A stretch of 64,000 bases of DNA, from assembly GCF_009914755.1 (NCBI RefSeq), contig NC_060929.1; one strand, written 5' to 3'. Shown here piece by piece: positions 1-26,513 of the stretch. A program made the translations under genes and the position numbers. The notes under the pieces are model-generated. The model saw nothing but the letters and a program-made list of their open reading frames with translations. It had not been told where the DNA came from and did not search any database. Each line of letters opens with the position of its first letter. Positions within the stretch are counted from its first letter, which is position 1. Origin of the DNA: the human T2T-CHM13v2.0 reference genome, Homo sapiens.

Positions 1-79
1 GCTATTAATTCAAAAGCCATGGGAAACCGTATGCAGCGAACCCAGGAAAAGGACACGCGTAATATTTATTATCTCTTTT

Positions 80-260
80 GCGTCATTTGCTTACACACAT
101 CTACAGTATTTAAATCTTCACAGCAGAAAGGTAGCATTAGCCTCGCTTTGCGGGTAAGCAAGTAAAGCTCTGGAGGGTAAGATCCTGGCCTGAGGTTTTA
201 TAGCTCGTGCATGGAGCAGGATTTGAACCCAGGTGTGAGAAAACCTCAGTGCCCTGACTC
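80..260 (-). mobile_element. MIR SINE remnant
   Basis: MIR-like core 'ggagcaggatttgaacccaggt' and 'aaatcttcacagcag...ggtagcattagcctcgcttt'; highly diverged. Confidence 0.55.
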
Positions 261-1145
261 CTGCAAGGCAGCCCCAACGTGAGGAGCGGCTGACCCCATT
301 CTTCCGCCGCGTGTTTTGTCCACATGATGTCAGCCATATGAGGGTCCAGACTGCAGGGGGCGCATCCAGGCAAGCAACTGGGGGCTTGCATTTTCACGTG
401 GGTGGGCTGGCGCATTTCCACCTCTTACTGTCCTTGCCCCTTTATATGTCCACCTTCCCTACTGTGGTATGAGCTCACAAGAGCAGGGGCTGTTTCTTAC
501 CTCCTGGGGGTTCTCAGTGCCTGGTACATAGTAGGCATTAAAAAAAAAAAAAAAAAAGAATAAGTCCAAGGAAAAAAAGGAAGTGAAAAGGAGAATCAAA
601 TACAGCTTCAGTTTTCGGTGTTAACGGGAGAAATACTGACCTTGCATAAATATATTGTGTTGTGTTGCAGAAACTCACCCGCCTCCCGGCCACCAAGCCC
701 ATGCAACACTGGCTCAAGTATAAGGGGTTATTATTGTTGCCATTTTTTCCAGCCCCCAAGGGTCAGGTCTTGGGAGCAGCGGGAATCCTTCCTACGGTAA
801 GCTGATTCTTTCTTAGCTCCCGTAATAAAAACTGACCAAACCAGTTACTTTCCTAACATTCTCTCCAATTTGAGAAGCTCCGTATCATGAGGCACTTGAG
901 GGCTGATGGCTCATTTATCCAGCCCTGGATTAAAAGAGAAAAAAAACAAAAACAGCGAAAGTTCTTGGACAGAAATTTTCCAGGATATGTGGTAAAATAG
1001 CATGGGCTGTTTCTAGAAAAAGAAGCACAGTGTCTGAGACCCGGCCCGCCCTGGGAGGGACCCGAGAGGCTAGTCAGAGCACATTGCTCTGCAGAGCTGT
1101 TCCCTCTGAGAAGGAATCTTAGTCCTTCAGTGGGTGAAGGGTTAA

Positions 1146-1465
<320 letters not shown>

Positions 1466-1467
1466 AA

Positions 1468-2125
<658 letters not shown>

Positions 2126-2420
2126 GTCATTTAAAGAATATTAGCATTAAGTGTCCAGAGATACATTTTCCTGGGTGTTCATCACAGCAGTGGCTGTAAG
2201 AGGGGGAATTTGGAAATAACCATACGTCCATCATTTAAAAGTTAGCCACATAAAATCAATTGTGCTATGGAATAAGAAGAGGTAGCCATCAAAAAATGTG
2301 GGAAGTGGGGGTGAATTGGTAGGTACCAACATGGAAATAATATCCACAATGCATTATAAAGTGAAAGAACTTAATTTCAAAATAATATGTATATCATACC
2401 ACCTTAAAACACATACACAG

Positions 2421-3570
<1,150 letters not shown>

Positions 3571-4914
3571 ATCAAAAGAAACTTTTGACTAAGCAGGGCC
3601 TTCCTTATCCTGCCTGACTGCATTGTGCTTCAAAGCACCATGCATCAAGAATCATAGGAGCTCATGAGGGCCTCAACCCCCCAATTTTTAAAAGATTTTT
3701 AAAGTATTGCATTTTCCTACAATTTTCAGGATCCAGAATAAAGACATTGAACATAAAATGTTTATGAGACAAAGTGGCTGTGCTCCGTGTGTAAAGTGCA
3801 AGAGGAAGACTTGGCTAAGCAGCTCTAGACCACGACTACCCAGGGAAACATTTTTATCTTCGTTATTGGAAGGCTTCAGAAGGGATTTTTACTCAGAATG
3901 ATTTGGATAATTATCTCAATCTTTGACTTTGTTTTGACTAGCTCTGCAGACTGATTTGAGTTCAGGAAGGGTATCAGTTACTCAACTAAATATTCTTTCA
4001 GATTCATGATGCCAAGTTGTAAAATTTTTATTTGTTTTTCAGTGTCTTTTCTCAAACACAGCCAACATTTTAAAGTATGCTGTCTTATCTCTTTTCAAAA
4101 GGTAGCATTTTTTAAATCTGCAAGAATTGAATCAAAATGATGTGTGGACTTTGGTGTTTCTGTGTGTGCATATGCGCACGTGTGTACATGTACCGTGGCG
4201 ACCCCATGTCAGATATTCCAGGCAGAAGAGAGAGCTAACTTTCTCTTGTATTTCCAGTGTATTCTTTTCTATGGGTTGTAAATAATTGATAAGGAGGTCC
4301 CTTTCCATAATTAAAATGGATGTCCCTACATGTCAACACCGATAGCTTTTCCGGTAATGAGTGAATTTAGATCCATGTTAAGTACAGGCTATATTTACTC
4401 ACCCTGGATGGGCTGCAATGCAGAATGTGCTGGCTGAGGACTGGGGGTGGGGGGACACAAGGCTGATTTCAGTGGAGATGACAAGAGAACAGAAAGGACA
4501 TAAGCCTGGGAGATCACTTGGAGAAAAGACTCACCTGGTCCCAAGACCTACTTTGGACTAGCTGGTGAGCCAGGCACAAAAAGGCAGTATAGGAGAAGGA
4601 GGTTTGAGGACTTGGTTCCATTTGGAATCTGTTGAGTTTTCTTTGTCTTTTCTTCCAACCCCTAATGTCTTTCTAGTCAACGTCTTAATGACAGCTCCTG
4701 ATTGCCCCCTTCCTTCATGGAAACCTGCTATCTAAACCTTTCCCTACAAGGAGAGGGGCATCAGTTGGAAGCCTCCCAGTGATCATGCCACTGCACTCCA
4801 GCCTGAGTGACAGAGTGAGACTCTGTCTCACCCATCTCTGGATTCAACAAACCCTTCCTCATCTCCACCATGTGCCCTACTCAGTGGCTGGTGCTGGAGA
4901 CGCTGCAGTGAAAA

Positions 4915-5879
<965 letters not shown>

Positions 5880-6319
5880 TCAGGGTTGGGGCTGGGGGGA
5901 TAGCATCCAAAAGACAGAGATGGCAGAGTAATTTGGTGGGTGAGGGAGGGCTTACTCATTGGGAGTTGAATTCTATGTCTGGGAGCTGGGACGTCACCTT
6001 GCACATGATGCTGGTTACACAAGGGTTTTATATGGGTGGGGAGGTGTTAAATTCTAGAGAAGTCTTTCTGGTGGCCTTGAGGGGGCAGGGTCTAGAAGTG
6101 AGACTGGAAGCAGGACTAAAGCGTTCGGGCTGTAAAAGAAAGTTCCCAAAAACGTGAGGGAGAAGAGCGCAGGCTCCAGAAACCTTCTCCAAAGTGAGGC
6201 AGCTCCATGGAGTGAGTGGGAGGTGTTGAGGCCCAAGTGACAGACACAAGGGACCTTGAAGAGGGCGATTTGCAACCCAGACCTCCCTGAACACTCAAGT
6301 CACCTGAGACAGGGAGGCA

Positions 6320-6510
6320 GAGATGAGAATGAGACAGGAAGGTTCATATCTCGGTGCCACCACGTGGTAGCTCTGTGACCTTGGGCAAGTTACTTTCCCT
6401 CTCTGAAGTATGCTCTTCTCCCCTGTCATTTGTGCATAATGACACCTGCTTTGCTTGTGTCTGTCAGCACATCCCAACTGCTCAATAGATAGTAGGGATG
6501 ATTATGATGT
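6320..6510 (+). mobile_element. MIR SINE remnant
   Basis: 'tagctctgtgaccttgggcaagttactttccctctctgaag' MIR core. Confidence 0.7.
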
Positions 6511-7010
6511 CACGGTGGAATTGGCCATTCCACAAACACACTTACAGAGGAACTGACACGGAGGCCTGCACTTGGGAGCTGACGACAGCTGTGGCCCGGG
6601 GGAGCGAATCACGGAAGCCTTCCTGAATGAGGAAACCTTTGAACAAGGGAAAGAGAGAGCTGCAGACTAGTCCAGATGCATTTCCAAGCAGACTGTTGTC
6701 AAAGGAAAAAAAAAAAAAAGGTGGCAGCGTGTCAGTTCTGGCAGAAATACTGGAGACCACAGATGCATTTTCCCGCCTGCCCCCGCTGTTCTCTCTGTCT
6801 CCCTCCCTCTGGCCTCCTTCATAGGGTCTTGGCTTTGATAACACCAGCTGACTCCAGAGAGAGGGCAGGCAGCTCAGAGTCGGTGGACATCAAGGAAAGA
6901 GCCGGAGGATAACTTTAGAAAATGGTGCCCATTCTCGAATAGTACCAAGTCCTTCAGCTCCTAAGAACAAACTGCGCCGACACTGATCTAGACTTTTAGC
7001 AGTTTTTTAA

Positions 7011-8315
<1,305 letters not shown>

Positions 8316-8479
8316 GTGGCTGACCCTTTCAAGTGACCACAGTGTGGACTCAGGGAGATGAGTTCCAAGAGGGCTGGACATGGGCTTAAGTGGGATGCCA
8401 CGGCTCTGACACAACAAACTCCTCCTTAGGGTCCATCCCTGTGCCTCTCAGGCCCTCAGGTCTTCTTTCCTGGTCATGG

Positions 8480-9020
8480 AGCACATGATCTCTTGCCCTA
8501 CAAGCAGGGCATACTGGAAGGGCCAGAAAGTTGCTGCTTACAGCTCTCAACCAATAATGGTCAAGGAGTTGATGGATTCATGTCCCAGCAACCTGGCCCT
8601 GCGTTGAGAGGCATGTTCTCACATCTCCTAGACATCTCCAGTGAGAATGAGCTCCCGTTGCCCACAGTGGGAACTCGCTTGAAAGCACACCCTTTTTTGT
8701 TTTTTTGTTGCTGTTGTGGTTTTGTTTGTTTGTTTGTTTTTGTTTTTTGAGACGGAGTCTCACTCTGCCGCCATGTTGCCTAGGCTGGTCTCAAACTCCT
8801 GGGCTCAAGTGATCCGCCCACCTCAGCCTCCCAAAGTGCTGGGATTACAGATGTAAGCCACTGTGCCTGGCTGGAAGGACACCTTTTATTGATCATCTTC
8901 CCTTCCCTGCCTCGCCTCTCTACTCTCTCGCCATTGACTGCTGGGATCACTGCCAAATAAGCTGCTTGCACCCAAATACTCATCTTAGAGTCTGCTTTTG
9001 GGGAAAACCCAAACAAAACA
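8480..9020 (+). mobile_element. LTR16-family (ERVL) LTR, Alu-interrupted
   Basis: 3' end 'ctgggatcactgccaaataagctgcttgcacccaaat...gtctgcttttggggaaaacccaaacaaaaca' matches the LTR16 terminus as recalled. Confidence 0.65.
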
Positions 9021-9312
9021 AAATGGAGTTAGCTACATAGAACCTATGAAATTGCCACCTATTACCACAGCAAGTTCATATGGTGTAACTAATCATTCTT
9101 GGTGCATAAGCTGTATGTATGGAGATGCCAAAGCAACATGTCTGATCTCTGTGAACTCAAACATATCTGTGTTTGTGAGCTACAGACTATGTGCAGGAAC
9201 AATTCTATATTTGCTTTTTCGTCTGTTTTCCTGTCCTAATGGCAGTGTCCAGCTTGTCATTTTTAATGCTTACTGTACTTGATATTCAATTGTTCTGCTC
9301 TACCTTCTATGT

Positions 9313-9789
<477 letters not shown>

Positions 9790-10112
9790 CTGCATAATTC
9801 AGATGTCCTTTACTTTTGAGCATTTCCCTCACCCATCTTTCCTCTGCTATAAATACAACAGTCAACAATTGAGAAAAAGATTATCTAATTGCAAGATTAA
9901 AAATTTTTGATGATATACTATGTTAGTGAGAATGGAGGAAACAGGCACTCTCATACACTATTGTCAGGAGTGTTAATAGTTCAGCCCTTTTGTAGTACAA
10001 TTTGACAATATTTTTCCTAACTGAAAATGCCCATTCCCTTTAATTGAATGATTCCACGAACAGGTTTTTATTGAACACATATACTTCTATGTTTGTTCAA
10101 AGAAGTACATGA

Positions 10113-10893
<781 letters not shown>

Positions 10894-12779
10894 CTATCTC
10901 CAGATATACTGCAAAGTGAAAGAGCAAGGTACAGAATGGGAGTTTAGTAACTTACATTTGTATAAAAAGATGAGGAGAGCTAAAAGCCCTTAACATACGC
11001 ATGGATCAGCTCTGGAAGAATGGATGAGAAGCTGGTATTCCCACTGTTCAGGGGAGGGGAGTTGGGGAATGGGAAACAAAGATACGAGGGCAAAAGACTT
11101 TTTTTTTCCTATTTATTCTCCTTTTGGGTGTCTGAAATTTCTCTTTTTTTTTTTTCCTGTGAACGTTTAAAAAATCAGTTTTAAGCATTTAATACTTAAA
11201 AATGTAAAGAAAAAAAAGCAAGCAAGCTAATAGGATGCCAAGCAGCCCTTCTGCTCTGACTCCGAGCTTCTGGTCTGGAATGGCCAGGACTAAAGAGCTA
11301 TTTGAACTCATTTCTGGATTGTGTCACATTGTCTTCTCTCCCCTGGGGCTGTCATCATAAGGCCCCAATGCTTTGAAATTTAGAGTGAAAGAAAAGTTCT
11401 TTATTTCTCTTGATGAACTTGTATATTTTCTCTGTTTTGAAAATAAGAAGTATGCATTGGGAAAAGGGACTTTGGAAACAACAACGACAACAACAAAATA
11501 AGAACATAAAGTAACAGTGTCTTCTTTCCCTGCTTTGGCTACCAGGAAGCTCACAGACCAAACTCAATTATATGTTAGCTGCCTGGGCTATATGTTAAAT
11601 GCTTTTATTTCTGTAGAAAAATTTGATTTTCTATGTCTATTTCATGGTCTTTGAATTTGCTTCTCTATTCATATTTAAATTATGATTGATTTTATTGCAT
11701 ATGGGCTAAAAAAAAAAATTTGGATTTTCAACTGATGTTTTGTGCTCTCCCTACATTTCTTTGTCCCCCTTCCCCATCCTGCCCTCATTCATTCAAGACC
11801 AGGTGGCATCTTTGCCTCAGGGAAGGGATGTCACAGTAGAAGGATGAAAAAAATCTTTTGAGTTTCAAAGCCCAAACCCTGAGGGACTTTGGGCCTAAGC
11901 AACAGATTTGGGAGAGGAGGGATGGAGTCAGATGGAGAAAAGCAGGCTAAAGCTTCCCAGACCGGAGGAGAAGGGAGCAAAAGGAAATCGAGAGTGAGGG
12001 AACAGCAGAAAACCAGCACTGCGGAGAGACATCTGTCCCAGAGGGAGCCTGTGCCCTGCTTCCCACTCAGTGCACAAGGACAACACCAGACCCGTGGCAG
12101 AACGGCTGCATGGTTAGACAGATGGGCCTGAGACCACCTCCCAGAGCTTCCTGCACCCCAGAGGGCACAGGGACTATGCAAAATGACTCCCATATGCCCG
12201 GGGAGGGGGGAGTCTGGAGGCGCTTGGAGAGCATATCCGGAGGGCCCTTCTGCTTGAGAAAGGAAGCTGTGTGGCAGCCTCCTTCATGAACCCAGATCAA
12301 GGCCAGATGATGGTCTTCACCCCAGATGCCAGGATACATGGACAGTGGCTGAAGATGAGGACAGGTGTCTGGCTTGCCTTGATGCCTTGTAGCCCTGCAG
12401 AATGGAGATCAATCCAGGAAAACCCAAAGGTCAACTTTCTGTCATTTGTCAGTATGTTGCTCTTAAAAGAAACTGAGTCTCCTTATAGAGAAATCGTTAT
12501 ACATCTTGTAAACCTGAGTTTGCAAATGTTGATACTTGGAGGCCCTCAATGGAATGAAATGGAGAAGCAAAATTTTTTAAGTAGCAAAGTGCCTTGTCCA
12601 AACATTAGTCTTTTCCAGAGACTTCTATAAGAGGGAACCCCAGGACAGACTGCCCCCTTAGGACCCCGGGGACGGTTTTTCTGATAAGGATACGATTTCT
12701 CTGCTAGGGACACAACTACATCTCCCTCCCACATTCTGAAGGGCCAGGAAGCCTTTGCCACGCTTGGTGCTTCTTCCTC

Positions 12780-13800
12780 CATCAAATGCTTTCTGAATCA
12801 ACTGGATCTGCCGCTGAGCACGGTAAGGCGGATGATCTGGAAGCTTTCCAGGTGCTTTAGGAAAGAAGCGGCATTTCAGCCACGGTTTTTGGCCTTCATA
12901 ATCAATGTCAGCCTCTAATGCTGTCTGGAATAGCAGATGAGTGCCTGTCTGACCCGGAAACCTTTTGTTCGCCGCGCCCCCCAGCTTTGTTACTCGCTGA
13001 TGGAGGCTGGTTTTGTCATCTGCCGTAGCTGTCTTACCGGTCTGACCGTTCCTTTACCTATCCTTCAAATGAGCAGAAGAATAATTTCTTCGTGGGGGAC
13101 TGATGCTGAGCAGATGTTCACAGAGCCCCAGAGGATCACCGTGACAGGTCCCTCAGTAGGACTGAGATTGTGGTTATGTAATAATTTTCCCTTCTCATTT
13201 TGATTAAAAAAATGATGCATGCGCATCTCTGAGCGCAAATGTGTCAATGCTAATTGGACATGCGCATTCGAGACGGCTCCATACGGAACGGAATGGGACC
13301 GTGGCCCCGAAGCAACACTCCCTCCCAGCACCATATTACGCAAACAAAATGATTCAGGGGAAGAATTCCTCCATTAAAAAGAATTTGAGGTGTCCCTGAT
13401 CTTTGGGTGCCAAACATTGTGGCGAAGGGCTCCGCCGGCCCCTACAGACGCGAACTTGGTGCCGTAGTCTCGAGTGCCCTCTGCCGTAACTTGGGAAACC
13501 AGCGCTTCTTTAGGGAGCCAGCCATGTCTCCTGCAAGGAAGGAAAATGAACTACGCTTTATTTCTCAAAAGTTTCCGTCAGAATCTGGCCTTCCTGCTGT
13601 TTCGAGTTATTTGGGTTGGGGGCCAGGCTCCCTCAAAGCCTGGAGTGTCCCGTTAAGTCAGCCTCAATGTTCACCCCAAAGATGGAACTGGGGCGTCTTG
13701 GAACAAAAAAAGGAAACTGACCAAAATACGATGACTCTCGGGATTGAAATAGAGCGCCACGATATTTTGGAGACATCTTCTGAGAGTATAATCTGGGTCT
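12780..13800. promoter_or_regulatory. Alu-free, CpG-retaining candidate enhancer/orphan promoter
   Basis: Many intact CpGs in non-repeat DNA; NRF1-like CATGCGCAT twice (~13218, ~13259); C/EBP-type ATTACGCAA 13335-13343; TAATCAAT ~12899. Confidence 0.45.
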
Positions 13801-15028
13801 GATTTTATACAACCTCAAGCTGTTGTGTTCTGAGCATTATTTATTCATTTTAACGTTCACTCGAATTTTGTTTTTTTGCCCATCAAGCAATGAAAAGCTT
13901 AGATTTGGCCCAAAATGTGGAGGTCTTCACTGGGTTTGTCTGTGCCTTTCTTTCATACCTCAGTATGGCTTAAAGACCAAATGTTCATTTACTCTGTAAG
14001 TGAAAAGGATATTTGCCCATTAATTTCAACTCCAGTGCTCAAGCCCCATATAAGACACAGTTAATATGATCTCACTTTGGATGACACTCGGAGGAGCAGG
14101 AAGACAATTTGTGGGGGGAAAGGAATAAGAGGCAGCGCACATTTAACAGGAATGTTAATATTTACTGGTCGTTGTGCTCGATATCTGGAAGGCGGCACAG
14201 TCACTAAGTAGGGATTACATCTTCAATTAAGTAGTGGTGGCAGGGGACTTAGCGATGTTTCACAGAGGGAAACTGCCGGAATCATACTTTAAGGAGAATA
14301 ATTTTTTTAAAAGCTACAAAAAAAATTGAAAGAAAAGCCCGAGGGAAAAAAATAGAGGGAACATTTCTGTTTAGGGAATCCTAATATTTTGGCTGAACAC
14401 ATTATGTAAAATTAAATACTATTTTAAACCAAGGAGATATAATATCTAATTAAGTTTTTGTGGTTGATGGGCTTAGAGAGGATTGTGAATGTTACATCCA
14501 TTGAACTGAAAGAAGTAGAAAAATTAAATAACACTGTTCTATAGTGACTTTCACCCAGACATACAAGCAGACTTCCATATTCCACTATTACTCTGCCCTA
14601 CCTACAGCTCACTGAAGACATGAAAGAGAAAATGAGAATGAGCACAGTGATCTCGTTAAGGCTTGTAACAACCCCAAGGAGCAGAGACCAAGAGTTGTCA
14701 GCCCCATTTCCAAGCAGCAGCCATGGGCTCCAAGTGAACAAGGGACTTGCATCTGGGGTTATCCAGTGAGTCAGGGTGGAGAGAGAACAGAACCACCACC
14801 TTCCCGCTGCATCTGGAACTTCTGTCCCAGCATGCCCTGTGCTCCCCAGCAAGAAGAATGTCACACTGGGGAAGTAGAGGCTTCGGTTCCTGACCAGAGT
14901 TATCAGGGAGCACCAACATTTTAAGACTTTTTGGAGTTTTAGGAGAATTTCAATGTAACGTATGTGGTGACAGGAGATGGAAGATAGTTTTAAAAGAATA
15001 TTGACTTCTAAGATTAATTATTACATGA

Positions 15029-15990
<962 letters not shown>

Positions 15991-15999
15991 TTAAAAACT

Positions 16000-18589
<2,590 letters not shown>

Positions 18590-18881
18590 CTAAAATATCA
18601 GCTCTGTGCTGACTCCTGTGAATTTAAAGAACTCTTATAAGATTATAAACTACAATCACATGGTCATGTAAATCATTAATTTGTTCTTTAATATGTGTTA
18701 TTTGTCTTATTTGCATTTCAGGACACAGTGATATTTCAAGGTAAAATATTACAGATTCTGTTTTATTTCAGGTTATAAGCCAAGATATGGTGTAGACCCT
18801 TTCTCAATTATTTTACTATGTTTTAAGCTGAAATCCACCCAGCATATCACAAACCTTTCCTGCGCTTTAGGACTTTAGATT

Positions 18882-18900
18882 GACAGCGCCCTCTGCTGTA
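18882..18900 (-). promoter_or_regulatory. CTCF-binding motif
   Basis: Reverse complement reads TACAGCAGAGGGCGCTGTC, a close match to the CTCF core (C)CAGCAGAGGGCGC, in unique DNA. Confidence 0.6.
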
Positions 18901-19354
18901 ACTCTGAGTTTGTCACACTATTCTAAACCTCACTAAGAGTCAGCACGGAGACAGACACATCCCTGCTGAAACGGATCTCCAGGTCAGGATCAGCTCCTCA
19001 GCTTTTAGGGTTTGAACCCAAATACTGACAGTAACTCAAATCCGGGCAGGCTCTGGGGACCAGTGTTCACTGACTGACTGCCAGGATTTTTCTTTCCATC
19101 CCACCCTCTCCCCTGAGTTCCTGGGCGCCTGCATTCAGACCCTTAGACGATATATAATGGGCATTTTAAATTTAGCACTTCCCAACCCGACCTCTTGACT
19201 CCACCACTCTCAGCCCAAGTGTGACTTAACTCCTGGCCTTCCTGTACCCATTAATGGCTCGCCACTCACTCAGTGGCTCAGGCCCCAGCGCTGGGAGTTC
19301 TCTGACTTACCTCACCTGGCACATAGGAGGCCCTTTATAAATATCTACTGCATG

Positions 19355-21282
<1,928 letters not shown>

Positions 21283-21979
21283 CTTTTTTTTTTTTAAGAC
21301 TTGTTTTATTTTAATGGCTGATCTATGTAATCACAAAGGCCAGTATGTACAGACAAAGGGGGAGCTTTTGTTTCTTCATCTCTTCGTCCTTCGACAAAGT
21401 GTTGATGATCCCCTCCTTCTTGGCCTGGAGGCACTCTTCACGTTGCTTTCGTGCTTCCTTGGTCTTAGGCCTGCAGGCCTCAGCCTGGTCAGCCAGGAGC
21501 TTCTTGCCGGCCTTGTCTGCCTTCAGCTTGTGGATATGTTCCATGAGAATCTGCTTGTCTTTGAACACACTCTCCTTCACCTTCAGGTACAGGCTATGAT
21601 ACATGTGGTGATTGATCTTCTTAGAGTCACGGTATCTTCTGAGCAGCGGGCGCAGAATCCTCATTCTGCTCACCACGTGACCTTCTCTGGCATTGGGGCA
21701 TTGGCTGTACCCTTTCGCTTACCCGTGCCCATGTGCCTGCCCTTCCGGTGGGCCAAGGTGTTTTTCCGGCATTGAGCCTGGGAATGGACAGTCACAGGCT
21801 TACAGATAATCAGCCCATCTTTGATCAGCTTCCGGATCTGCTGTCGGGAGTTGGCACTGGCGATTTCATTGGCCTCATTGGGGTCCAACCAGACCTTCTT
21901 CTTGCCATAGCGGAGGACACTAGCAGCAGGCCTCTTCTGAAGCCCGAGCATGCTCATGGCTGCAGCCACAGCAGAGAAG
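21283..21979 (-). pseudogene. RPL19: Processed pseudogene of ribosomal protein L19
   Basis: Minus-strand ORFs give [51 protein letters not shown]... and ...YHSLYLKVK...[14 protein letters not shown]...; intronless, frameshift near 21675, stop replaced by CAA, AATAAA then poly(A) (T-run 21284-21295). Symbol is the parent gene. Confidence 0.96.
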
Positions 21980-23222
21980 AGAGATAACTTTTAGTAACAT
22001 TTTGGTGTTTTCTTAAACATAGACTTTATTCTTTACTTGTTTGTGTGTGTGTTCCTCGCATAAGAACCCGGGCTGGCTCACACTGCGGCCTTCTCTCTGG
22101 CCTCTTCCCTCTTGTCACCATCTTCTTCTAGCTTTATTGAGGTATAACTGACAAATAAAAAGTTGTTGGTATTTGAGGTATGCAACCTGATGTTTCAGAT
22201 GCTTGATATTCACAATGGTATCATTGTGAATGGTACCACAGTCAAACTAATTCACATACCGTGTGTGTGTGTGTATTGAGAGCATAAGTATACCATACAG
22301 CATTGTTAACTATCATCACCATGCTGTACATCACGACTTATTCCAGAATTATTCATCCTGCAGAACTGAAGCTTTGTACCTTTGACCAGCGTCACTCGGT
22401 TACTACCATCTCCCCAAACCCTGACAACCACCTCTACCACCTCTACTCCATGCCTCTATGAATTCCACTGCTTTAGAGCCCACATGTAAGTGAGGCCATG
22501 CGCTTTGTCTTTTTGTGCCTGGCTTATTTCACTTAGCATAATGTCCTCTAGGTTCATCCATGTTGCTGCAAATGGCAGAATTTTCTTCTTTTTAAAGGGT
22601 GAATAATATTCCATTATATGAATACACACACATATGTACACTGCATATATGTATACATATATTAATACATATATACACATACATATCTACACACACACAC
22701 ACACACACATCTATCACATTTTATCTGTCCATCCTTCCGTGGACATCTAGGCTGTTTTCGCATCTTGGATATTGTGAATAATGCTGCAATGAACATGGCA
22801 GTGCAGACATTTCTTCAAGATACTGATTTCAGCTAGGCGTGGTGGCTCACACCTGAAATCCCAGCACTTTGGGAGGCCGAGGCAAGCAGAACAGTTGAGC
22901 CTATGAGTTTGAGACCAGTCTGGGCAACATGATGAAACCCCATCTCTACGAAAAATACAAAAATTAGCCAGGCGTGGTGGTACATGCCTGTGGTCCCAGC
23001 TACTCAGGAGGTGAGAATGAAGGATCGCTTGAGCCTGGAGGCAGAGGTTGCAGTGAGCTGAGATCACACCACTGCACTCTGGCCTGACAGAGTGAGACCC
23101 TGTCTCTAAAAAAAAAAGAAAGAAAGCAAAATGTCTATTCAAGTCCTTTACCCATTTGTAAATAAATTGTTTTTTCTCTTTCTTTTTTGTTCTTTTTGCT
23201 ACTGAGTTGTTTGAGCTCCTTA

Positions 23223-23692
<470 letters not shown>

Positions 23693-23969
23693 CTAGTTGT
23701 CTTTCTTTGCTTTTGTCGCCTGTGCCTTTGGTGTCGTATCCAAAAAATCCTTGCCCAGACTAATGTCAAGAAGCTTTTCCTCTGTGTTTTCTTCTAGTAG
23801 TTTTACTGTTTCAGGTCTTACATTTATATCTTTAATCCATTTTGAGTCCATTTTTGTGACAAGTGTGAGATCCAATTTCAGTCTTCTGCATGTGCCAGTT
23901 TTATTGAAGAGACTCTCCTTTCCCCCACTGTGTGTTTTTGGCATCTTTGTTGAAAATCATTTGGCTATA

Positions 23970-24132
23970 GGGCGGGCGCGGTGGCTCATGCCTGTAATCC
24001 CAGCTCTCAGGGAGGCAGAGGCAGGAGGATAGCTTGAGCCTGGGAGTTCGAGACCTGCCTGGGCAATATAGCGAGACCCCATTCTCCACAAAAAGGAAAA
24101 AAAAGAAAAAACAACAACAAAAACAAAATAAG
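23970..24132 (+). pseudogene. BCYRN1: BC200 (BCYRN1) retropseudogene
   Basis: Monomeric Alu domain with BC200-diagnostic 'cccagctctcagggagg', 'ggatagcttgag', 'gagacctgcctgggcaatatagcgagacccc', 'ttctcca..aaaaagg' and an A-rich domain ending 'aaaataag'; TSD tgaaaatca(t/g)ttggctata at 23951-23969 and 24133-24151. Symbol is the parent gene. Confidence 0.88.
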
Positions 24133-24212
24133 TGAAAATCAGTTGGCTATAAATCCGTGAATGTATTTTGGAGACCATTGGAATTTTGATAGGAATTGCA
24201 CTGAATCTGTAG

Positions 24213-24621
<409 letters not shown>

Positions 24622-24691
24622 TAAATTTCTTTCATCAATGTTTTATAATTTTCAGTGTACAAGTCATTCACCTCTTTAAGTTTATTCCTAA

Positions 24692-25600
<909 letters not shown>

Positions 25601-25964
25601 AATTTGTGTATTTTTAGTAGAGATGGGGTTTCACCATGTTGGCCAGGCTGGTCTCGAACTCCTAACCTCAGGTGATCCACCTGCCTTGGCCTCCCAAAGT
25701 GCTGGGATTACAGGCGTGAGCCACCACTCCTGGATTTTTTTTTTAATTTTTATTTATTTATTTATTTTTTGATACAGGGTCTTGCTCTGTCACTCAGGCT
25801 GGAGTGCCGTAGTATGATTATAGTTCACTGCAGCCTCAACCTCCCAGGCTCAAGCAATCCTCCTATCTCAGCCTCCTGAGTAGCTGGGACTGTAGGCACA
25901 TGCCACTATACCCAGCTAAGTTTCGTATTTTTTGTAGAGATTGGGGTTTTGCCATGTTGTCTAG

Positions 25965-26513
<549 letters not shown>

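Noticed and set aside
4160-4193. Alternating purine-pyrimidine tract (possible Z-DNA)
   Set aside because: Short degenerate microsatellite of a common type, with no supporting context
21323-21969. RPL19 ORFs as a functional retrogene
   Set aside because: Frameshift near 21675, lost stop and many substitutions
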